IMG/VR virus record: IMGVR_UViG_3300044670_001884
Span: 1-33,732 of that record
DNA from: a virus
Taxonomy: Duplodnaviria; Caudoviricetes
Direction: 5' to 3' (one strand)
Length of the DNA stretch: 33,732 nucleotides
Positions 7,702 to 15,481 of this stretch are shown piece by piece; the stretch's first letter is position 1; every line of letters starts with the position of its first letter. The position numbers and the translations under genes were made by a program. Below the pieces are notes generated by a model that made no database searches, was not told where the DNA came from, and saw only the letters and a list, made by a program, of their open reading frames with translations.

Positions 7702-7995
7702 TTACAAATCAATACCGTAATCAGCGCCGGGTTCGCGAGCCTCGGCGTCTGCAAAATAGATTGATAGCGTGCCCCGTATCTTTTCGTGTGCCGTCATCGT
7801 CGCCCATTTTTTCGGATCGCCGTATTCCGGTTTGTAGTGCTCAAAACTAGCAAAATCATTTACCGAATCGGCTAACTGTTCGTCGTTGCTGTACCAACTG
7901 CCATCGCCCATTAACACTAAGCAATCGCCGTTTGAGGTGTGTATTTTTGCGAGCGGTAGTATTTCCGCAATCATGTCGCTTGGCTCGGCTTTCAT
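7702..7995 (-). CDS. Small acidic hypothetical protein (97 aa from ATG 7995); candidate peptidase partner or immunity protein
   Basis: ATG 7995 overlaps the upstream TGA (ATGA) and has GAGGA upstream; the track's longer start overlaps the peptidase gene. Confidence 0.65.
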   Translation of the reverse strand: MKAEPSDMIAEILPLAKIHTSNGDCLVLMGDGSWYSNDEQLADSVNDFASFEHYKPEYGDPKKWATMTAHEKIRGTLSIYFADAEAREPGADYGIDL

Positions 7996-10841
7996 ATCAA
8001 TCCTCTTAGGGCTGCTATGGTGTAATTGAAGTGGTCGGGGCTCTTTTCGGCTAATTCGATCCAATTCTCGTAAAGTTTCTGCGCTCCCATCGTCAAAACT
8101 TCCGACGATCTTCCGCCGTTGTAGTATTTGCCGGTGTAGGCATCATTGAATCCGTTTTGTGAACCTATTTCCCACGTTTCGTATCGTTTGCCGAGCGCTC
8201 TTGTTTTGTGCTTTTGAATCGCTGCCGACTGAAACGCTTTTGTCTTTGGTCCGATTGCAGTCTTGTGGTCGATTGAATGGCATAATTCGTGAATAAGAAT
8301 TGCCGTGTTATTCGATTGTCGTGGCGACATCTTTACGGTGTCTTGGTCGAAAAAATAAGCGCTCCTGTTGTAATATACGCCGTCCGACGGCTTCGCTGTC
8401 GTTACGTCCACGCTGTAATTTGTGAGCGCTCCCCCTGATACGTGCTCGAGCCAATCTACCGCTGCATCGAGACTTTGCTGCGAAACTTGCGTATTGCCTT
8501 TTAGCTTTGCGTCAATGGCTCGTTTTCCGACTGGTCTTTTCCGATTGCTAGGCATTTTGTCAATTTCGGTTCGCAGCAACGTCCGCATCTCTCTTTCAAT
8601 CGTGGCTATCTTTTGCTTCAACTCGTCGGATTTTGTGTGGTAAGCCTCGAGCTTCGTTTCGTCGTTAAATAATTTTTCTTTCCAATATGTGTCTCTCATT
8701 TGATTGAGCTCGTCTTTCAGCGACGTTAGCTCTGTATTCATCGACTTGTTTTTTGACAATAAGCTCTTGCGATAGCTGTCTACCGCGTCGTTGGCTTGCT
8801 TGCGTAGCTTTCTTCCTTCGCTCGCTTGAACGCGGAACTTTCCGGTTTTTTTGTGGTCGTCCAACCACTTTACGTACGGCTCGCTTTTCTTCGAGGTCTG
8901 TTCGCCCGGTGCCCAAGGAAGGTGCGAATATGTGTCTGTGATGTAGGCCGGTACGTCCTCTCCCGCTTTGACGGCTTTGCGGACTGCGTTACGGTGCTTT
9001 GTCATTAGCGTGTCGAGTGCTTGGCCGTCGAACACGCTGAAATTGGCAACTGTATATCCCCACGTTTGCTCGCTATTCGTATTGGCTTTTGTCGTAAACT
9101 CGAACGCCCGTAATAGCCCTCTGCTCGGCTGGTCGTAGTCCACTGAGTAGTCTTTGTCTTTGCCGATCTTTTTCAGCATACCTTTAAGCTGTTTTTGCCA
9201 TCCTTCGACCTGCGATATTTCAGTTTGCAACTCGCGGATCGTCTCTGAATCTAAGAACGATTTTCCCGAATCGAAAACGTGTTTTTTGAATATCTTTGCG
9301 ACTTCTCCCTTGCTCCGTTTCAGTTCTTCGACCGCTTGTTTGTGTTCCAGTATTGCGCGTGCGGTAACTTGCGTGGCGTCCAATTCTTTGAGCGGCGCGT
9401 TCAATATCTTTTCGCTTCCGCCAAGTCGCTTTACAACTGAATCAAATGATTTTTTATAGGTCGTCGAGACTTTTCCCTTTTGTTCTACGTACTTATCCCT
9501 CGCGTTTTGCATTTTTTCGGTCGTGCTCGCAAATCTCCCGGCCCCTTCTTCTCCTTTTTCGACGCGGTTCGGCTTCGACGTCTTAAACTTTTTCCACTCA
9601 CCGGGGTTTTTGCTTTTCGGGTTTACCACTCCGTCGTCTGTGACGAATATTACGTGGCCTTCTTCCTCGTCATTTGGGCGCACGGTGATAAATCGGCCAT
9701 TGTCGTTTGCTTTGTAGAACTCAACGGCGTCCGCGAATGAAGTCGCTTGAAACGGGACTGAAGTAAAATCGTTCTGGTCTGCTTCTTCTTCGTCGCCCCA
9801 TATTTCTTCATCATCTCCATACCAACGATTGAAGTCGTCGGTGTACTGCGATTGCATTTGTCGCTCTATATCGGCTATTTCCTCGTAGTCTGCGTTCTGC
9901 TCAAACAACTCCTGTTTTTGATTTAGTAAATCAATAAAACCTCTCGAGTAGTCTTGCTCGAGCTCGCTGTCTTGCTCGCGTTCCTCTGCGTAAAGCGTTC
10001 CGGCACGTTCCACGATAGCGGGATTGTTTAGAGCGACTGGCTTCGGTAGCGGTTTTCGCAACGCTTCAAATACGGCTTGCTCGTCGTCGTCTCCGCCCTG
10101 CATTAAGTATCCGGCGTGCGCACGAATAATCGGCAGTAAGTTAGTTTCGTCGTCTGAATACGTTTGCCCGCTGATAATTTGGTCGATGCCAAAATCCTCG
10201 AGTCCGCGAATGTCATTAGCCGCGCGTGCTCTTGCTTGCCACGCCGACAACCCACCGGGCCGGTTTGAGAATAGCTGTCGCATTGCATCGACGATTTCTT
10301 GTGATCGTTCGTTAGTCTCTTTTTGGATTTGCTTTGCTAACTCTTTGACTCTCGCAATGTCGCTTGGTGTTGGTTCGTAACCTTCTTCAAACGCCCGTGA
10401 CTTTGCTACGTCGTCGAAACTTTCCCTTTTTTTTCGGTCTATTAGCTGTCCCGATTTGGTAAGTGCACGCCATTCGCCGGTTTCTCGGTCGAATCGCATC
10501 ACTTTCTTTACGGCTTCGCTTTGCTTCAACTTTGGTTTGCTGTTCTTCCGTACCGTACCGTCCTTGTTTTTTTGTGGTTCCTGCAAAACGAACGGTCGCA
10601 AGCCAATGTCTTTAATTTTGTATTTTGGTTTGCCTTTTTCGGGCTTATCTATTACCTCGGGTTCGTAGCCTTTCCACTTACCGGGTTTGTCGCTGCGTGG
10701 ATTTACTGTTCCATCATCCTGCACCCATATAGCTTGTTTATCTCCGTCGCCGTCCGGGTCGACTGATATAAAACGTCCCTGTTTCTCGTTGGTCCAGTAT
10801 TGATCGAGAAAGTCCGCAACTGCTTGTGCAAAAGTTTTCAT
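7992..10841 (-). CDS. 949-aa multidomain head-associated protein with a duplicated N-type module and a C-terminal zincin metallopeptidase
   Basis: ILIHELCHSID (HExxH, 8277-8291) followed by YTGKYY...SEVLTMG, supplying a likely third ligand Glu; two copies of GRFI.V.P...I.V.DDG.VNP.S..PG.WK. Confidence 0.75.
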   Translation of the reverse strand: MKTFAQAVADFLDQYWTNEKQGRFISVDPDGDGDKQAIWVQDDGTVNPRSDKPGKWKGYEPEVIDKPEKGKPKYKIKDIGLRPFVLQEPQKNKDGTVRKNSKPKLKQSEAVKKVMRFDRETGEWRALTKSGQLIDRKKRESFDDVAKSRAFEEGYEPTPSDIARVKELAKQIQKETNERSQEIVDAMRQLFSNRPGGLSAWQARARAANDIRGLEDFGIDQIISGQTYSDDETNLLPIIRAHAGYLMQGGDDDEQAVFEALRKPLPKPVALNNPAIVERAGTLYAEEREQDSELEQDYSRGFIDLLNQKQELFEQNADYEEIADIERQMQSQYTDDFNRWYGDDEEIWGDEEEADQNDFTSVPFQATSFADAVEFYKANDNGRFITVRPNDEEEGHVIFVTDDGVVNPKSKNPGEWKKFKTSKPNRVEKGEEGAGRFASTTEKMQNARDKYVEQKGKVSTTYKKSFDSVVKRLGGSEKILNAPLKELDATQVTARAILEHKQAVEELKRSKGEVAKIFKKHVFDSGKSFLDSETIRELQTEISQVEGWQKQLKGMLKKIGKDKDYSVDYDQPSRGLLRAFEFTTKANTNSEQTWGYTVANFSVFDGQALDTLMTKHRNAVRKAVKAGEDVPAYITDTYSHLPWAPGEQTSKKSEPYVKWLDDHKKTGKFRVQASEGRKLRKQANDAVDSYRKSLLSKNKSMNTELTSLKDELNQMRDTYWKEKLFNDETKLEAYHTKSDELKQKIATIEREMRTLLRTEIDKMPSNRKRPVGKRAIDAKLKGNTQVSQQSLDAAVDWLEHVSGGALTNYSVDVTTAKPSDGVYYNRSAYFFDQDTVKMSPRQSNNTAILIHELCHSIDHKTAIGPKTKAFQSAAIQKHKTRALGKRYETWEIGSQNGFNDAYTGKYYNGGRSSEVLTMGAQKLYENWIELAEKSPDHFNYTIAALRGLI

Positions 10842-13800
10842 TTAACTAGCCGCCGAATACAAAAGTTTACTGCCCCTCGGTGTTTCTTCTTCGAATGTTC
10901 CAATGTTGTGTGCCGATTTTACGTTTTCGTAACCGAAAGCTACAAACACGTCCGCCGATACCGGCGTCGAGCCCGCTGAACCCATATCCGTAATGTCTTG
11001 AAATATGATTCCGTCATGCCCTTCCTGCTCGGCATACTCCGCCCACTCTCGCGTCGACATAGCCATTTTAATTTCAAATATGTCCTCTACTAAGTCTGAG
11101 GCTGGACCCCATCCCGCCGCCATATCAATTACTTTTGCTAAGCCATAGGGGTAATTCCAGTCGGCATTATCAAGGGCTTCTAAAAACTCTTTGTATTCGT
11201 GAGAATTTTCTATTTCTTCGTCGGTGAAATAATTTTCCGATAAAACTTCCCGAAAGTAACCGTCAAGGTCATCCGCTAGTTCGGCGGTCATGCCGTCGTA
11301 GCTCCCGTAAAGCTGTTCGGCAACAAATGGAACCTGCAAAAGTTCTTGAGCGTCGAGGGATCGAACGCTTGGCGCCACTGGTATTTCGTGCCAGTTACTC
11401 CTTCCGCCCTCGACGACTAACGGGTTGTTGATTCTGAATACAAGAGGGTAAACGCCGCGCGTGCCAATTCTTGCATCTATACCGGATTCAGAAATCCATT
11501 GATTCCATCTCACAATCAACTCATCTTCCGAAACCATCGGAATTAGCTTGTCTCTGTTTGCTAATAGTGCGAGGTCTGGTACATCTTTCGAGGATGCTCT
11601 GACGACTGCATATCGCGTCATTCCTTTTTCCGGCGAGTAAAATTGCAAAAGTTGATATTTATGGCTGTTCGCAAGCGAGGAGGCTATATCTTCTACACTT
11701 GTAGCTAACACGGGTGTAATGTCATCGGTGTACCTTCCACCTGTGTATGAAGCGGCAACGTCAACGTTTGTGGACCCATACACGTGTCCTTCAACGTCGC
11801 TACCTGCCATTTCTCCGAATCCGCCGTACGATGTTCCGTGAAATATAATGAGCGGTAGGCCCTCTTCGTCGACTGCTTTGTTATTGCCTGCCCATCGGTG
11901 ATATTCTGGATTGCTTGCTACTTTTAGTTGCATTTCCTCTAGCTGGTTTCTGGCAGCCTTTGTTAATAGCTCTGTTCTTCGCTCGTCGGTTTCGCTTCTC
12001 CACTGGCGATTCTCTTCGGCGGATAGACTGTAATCTCTCGCTTGCTGGTAGAGGTCATTGATTACCCTTTTGTCATTGCTGCTTAAAGCACCCGACTCTG
12101 GAAACAACTTTGCGGCTTCATCTAGTTCCGCTGCTAACGCTAAGGCGTCATTAGGGTCGTACCGCAAGGCGGCCCGCTGCACCCGTGATGCTGCGTTTAC
12201 CATTCTTTCGTACGCCTGCCTGCCACTTTCGTCGCCGTAACCAAAGTTTGCTTCTCCATAAACCTTTTTCTCTACGTTCAGTTTGTGTTGATCGTAAATT
12301 TGCAGGTTGTACTTGTAGTCTGGGATCAGTTTTTCTTGTTCAAATGGAATTTTGTCCCACGGCATGATGCCCGCCATTAGTGCTCTGTCACGTAGAACGT
12401 CGAGTGGGCTGCGTTGGTCGACCAATGACTTGCTGATTGGTCCGCGTAGGATTTCATACTTTGTTTTTTTCGGAAGGCCGTTTTCGTCTCTTTCAAAGAA
12501 ATGTCCGTATAAGGCGTAAACGACTTGCGGTTTCCCGTCTGCATCTGTTTTTTCTGGGTCGAAACCAACCTCCTCCTCGGTTAAACCTTCGTATTCTTTC
12601 CTGACTTCATTTTCTAAGAAATTTTGTGTCTGCCTTAATGTGTCGTATAAATTAACTGCATCTACCTGTGTCCGATTTCGGTGCAACTCTGCACTTCCCT
12701 CGAGACGTGTTTTTTCTTTGGATAGGTCATCTAATTCTTTGCGATCATCGGATCCCATCTTTTGAACCTTTCCGATTGCTTCTCTTGCCTCCCTCACTCG
12801 CTGCTTTATGTGCGTGTTAGAAGTGAATACGGGATACTGCCTCTCATACAGTGAGCGGTACTTGTATTCGGTAGCGACGTACGGCTGTATTTTGCTTTTC
12901 GGTATGCGGTGCACCTGTATGTCGTCGAAGTCTAGTGGTGAACTTTTTGCTGCTTGCTCCCAGTTAAAAAAATGTTCTGCTGCTTGTTTGTTCTGTAAAC
13001 GTTCTTGCCCTTCTTCTAGCGGTTCTTTCTCGTAGGCAAGTTTGTGCCGATTGATATGGTATTGCCTCTGTTTGTGTGCGTTATAACTCAACCAATACCG
13101 CAAATTCTTTTTCTCGATCAAATTAAATCCGGCTGGATCTTGGTCTTGTAGGTTATCTTCGCTTAGGTAGGTAGCGGCGTTAGGTGCCTGAGTAACGTGA
13201 TAGTAGTATTCGTCGTTTTCTTCGTCTGGGTGGTCGTTGTCGGCTCGGTGCACCCGCTTGTATAGTTCTTGCAATTTGCTGTCTCGAGGAAACAAATCTG
13301 GAACAATGTGCGAGCGGTCGAGATAATGCTTTTTATTTTCTTCGTCGTCGCTGCCCCAAGAATGTTCTCCGTCGAGGTGGTATTCGTAGTCGCTAATTAG
13401 TTTGGCCCCGTCGTTTTTTGAAATAGGCTGCTGCATGTACGATTTGTGGTCGAACTCTTTAAAATCTTCCGGCTGCACTACCGCTTCGTTTTGTGTGTAG
13501 TTCGGTATGCCTAATGTTTGCGTTGACCCGAACCCTTCTTCGAACTTCCTGCCCGTTGGTTTTGTGATCTCTAAGTTTTTGTAAGCCCTATCCGGCTCGG
13601 GTTCTGTTCCGTCGGTCAAATTGTCTGGATTGATCGGGTCGTCCTCTGCCGCGTATTGTGCTGAGTAATAATCTTCTTCGTCGTCTGATTCGCCGCCCAG
13701 CAACTCCTGACCTCTTTCGTTTAACCCTCTGTTTTTTTGCAATTCGATTACTTGACGTAGTGCATTGCTAGTTTTGTTGTTTCCTAGCAACTCGGCTGGA

Positions 13801-15395
13801 TCTATCTCAAACCCGGCAAGTAACAAATTGTCCTCGTTGTGATAAACGCCGGTTCTATACGCGGCAAACGCAAGTTGCGCCAATGTTTCATCATCGAGGT
13901 CTGGTATAAACTCGGCAAACAATTCTTTATCGTAGATATATCCGTCTAGGCTTTCGCCGTGCGGTAGGTCGTCGTCGTCGTACTGCTGGTATTCTGTAAC
14001 TAGATTGTCGAAAATTGCTTGTGCGTTTAGTAATCGCTTGTCGAGCACGCGATTAGCCGTTTCGCTTTCGTATTTGTCGATAGCCTTTTGTAGCGGCAGT
14101 ATTCTTTCGTAACCTTTCGGTACTGGCTTTGTGTCCGCCGGTGCTACTTGCTTTGCGAGCTCTTTTACGTCTCTCAACGTAATGTTTTTTAGATTTAGTG
14201 TGCCCTTTGAACGCGGCTCCCAAAACTTCAAGTTATCTTTGACGTGCTGGAACAAATAAAACGCATACGCTGGGTCAAGCTGATTTTTGTCGACCGTAAT
14301 GCCGATGCTTTCCTCGCGAAAATCTTTATGCGGCGTTCCTACTGTTTTTTCGCTGCCCTTTCGCGTAATCCAAAAATCAGCGTTCTCGTCATTGGTCTTG
14401 GCTGTAAACGCGGGCTGTGTTTGGCGTGTTGCCTTGACCTGTGACTCAATGTCGTCAAGCAATGCTCGAATATCATCGACGTGAAACGCTAGTTCTTCGC
14501 TTTCATTTTTAATTAGCCCATAAATTGCGTCGGTAAAATTTTTCCATTGACTCGGAGCGAACGTTTCCAGCGGATTTAATTTGTCCTTGGGCTCATGTTG
14601 CGAGTTGTACCACGCTAGTTCTTTTAGCTGCCCTGAGTCTAGAAAATCGCGTATATCTTCCGAATCGCTTTGTTCGTCGTAATGCCCGTGCTCGCTCATC
14701 AGCTTCCGCGCGTGCGTCCTCTGCCCCCAATCGTCGAGCTCAAATCCTTGCGGATCGTCCGATGGGCTGACTTTCGTCATCTTTCCCGTGTCGTACACGC
14801 GAATACGTCCGTCGGGATCGACTCCGTGCTGGACCGAATCGTTGATTCTCCACCCTGCATCCCACGCTTTTTGCATCTTCTCGCGATACTCTGCAATCTG
14901 CATCGGTGACAAGGATCCGCCGATTTCTAGCTTCGGGCGTATCGTAAAGCCCTTTTCGCCGTGTTCCTCAAATTGCTGGGGAAGGAATACGTCGTGCCCT
15001 TCGTTGTATGCTTGATTGTTAATTTCGGCCTGTCGTCTTGCGTCCGCGATTGCGTGCGTGTGGTGGCGGAAATTTTGCAGATTGTAGGGTACGACCGTCG
15101 TGACTTTTGCTACGTTCCCGTCGTGAGTGTCGTAAACAAGCCCGTCGTCGCCCTTACCGAGGAACGTCCCCTGTCCGTTTCTTAGAGTGTTTATCGCCGC
15201 GTTGCTCGGGTGCTCCGGCACGTCGGTGATTTGGTTTAGGTCATCGCTGAAATGCTTTACGCTGTCCTTCGGTAACGTAAAGGAGCCTGCTTCGGGATGG
15301 TGCAGGGTAGCGTTGTGCCCGTCGTGTTCCGTTACCGTAAAGTCGTACGTTCCGGTAATTTGTCGCTGGCCGTCGACGTTTTCGTATTTCGGCAC
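10842..15395 (-). CDS. Large polyvalent protein (>=1517 aa) with kinase-like, HsdS-TRD-like, central HxT ART-like and C-terminal ART-PolyVal-like domains; probably the C-terminal part of a frameshift fusion
   Basis: LGKGDDGLVY/VAKV/D/DTG kinase-like motifs; VDEEGLPLIIFHGT...VYPLVFRINNP...GHDGIIF...VAF..ENVKSAHNIGTF. The GTG start lacks a clear RBS and the frame is open upstream through the A9 run. Confidence 0.75.
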   Translation of the reverse strand: MPKYENVDGQRQITGTYDFTVTEHDGHNATLHHPEAGSFTLPKDSVKHFSDDLNQITDVPEHPSNAAINTLRNGQGTFLGKGDDGLVYDTHDGNVAKVTTVVPYNLQNFRHHTHAIADARRQAEINNQAYNEGHDVFLPQQFEEHGEKGFTIRPKLEIGGSLSPMQIAEYREKMQKAWDAGWRINDSVQHGVDPDGRIRVYDTGKMTKVSPSDDPQGFELDDWGQRTHARKLMSEHGHYDEQSDSEDIRDFLDSGQLKELAWYNSQHEPKDKLNPLETFAPSQWKNFTDAIYGLIKNESEELAFHVDDIRALLDDIESQVKATRQTQPAFTAKTNDENADFWITRKGSEKTVGTPHKDFREESIGITVDKNQLDPAYAFYLFQHVKDNLKFWEPRSKGTLNLKNITLRDVKELAKQVAPADTKPVPKGYERILPLQKAIDKYESETANRVLDKRLLNAQAIFDNLVTEYQQYDDDDLPHGESLDGYIYDKELFAEFIPDLDDETLAQLAFAAYRTGVYHNEDNLLLAGFEIDPAELLGNNKTSNALRQVIELQKNRGLNERGQELLGGESDDEEDYYSAQYAAEDDPINPDNLTDGTEPEPDRAYKNLEITKPTGRKFEEGFGSTQTLGIPNYTQNEAVVQPEDFKEFDHKSYMQQPISKNDGAKLISDYEYHLDGEHSWGSDDEENKKHYLDRSHIVPDLFPRDSKLQELYKRVHRADNDHPDEENDEYYYHVTQAPNAATYLSEDNLQDQDPAGFNLIEKKNLRYWLSYNAHKQRQYHINRHKLAYEKEPLEEGQERLQNKQAAEHFFNWEQAAKSSPLDFDDIQVHRIPKSKIQPYVATEYKYRSLYERQYPVFTSNTHIKQRVREAREAIGKVQKMGSDDRKELDDLSKEKTRLEGSAELHRNRTQVDAVNLYDTLRQTQNFLENEVRKEYEGLTEEEVGFDPEKTDADGKPQVVYALYGHFFERDENGLPKKTKYEILRGPISKSLVDQRSPLDVLRDRALMAGIMPWDKIPFEQEKLIPDYKYNLQIYDQHKLNVEKKVYGEANFGYGDESGRQAYERMVNAASRVQRAALRYDPNDALALAAELDEAAKLFPESGALSSNDKRVINDLYQQARDYSLSAEENRQWRSETDERRTELLTKAARNQLEEMQLKVASNPEYHRWAGNNKAVDEEGLPLIIFHGTSYGGFGEMAGSDVEGHVYGSTNVDVAASYTGGRYTDDITPVLATSVEDIASSLANSHKYQLLQFYSPEKGMTRYAVVRASSKDVPDLALLANRDKLIPMVSEDELIVRWNQWISESGIDARIGTRGVYPLVFRINNPLVVEGGRSNWHEIPVAPSVRSLDAQELLQVPFVAEQLYGSYDGMTAELADDLDGYFREVLSENYFTDEEIENSHEYKEFLEALDNADWNYPYGLAKVIDMAAGWGPASDLVEDIFEIKMAMSTREWAEYAEQEGHDGIIFQDITDMGSAGSTPVSADVFVAFGYENVKSAHNIGTFEEETPRGSKLLYSAAS

Positions 15396-15481
15396 TCCGA
15401 CGGTATCGCCGATGTTGTGCCCGATGCGTGTTGGTTGCGGGCCTCCCTGCCCGTCAATCGAATCATCTTGCCCGTACCTAT

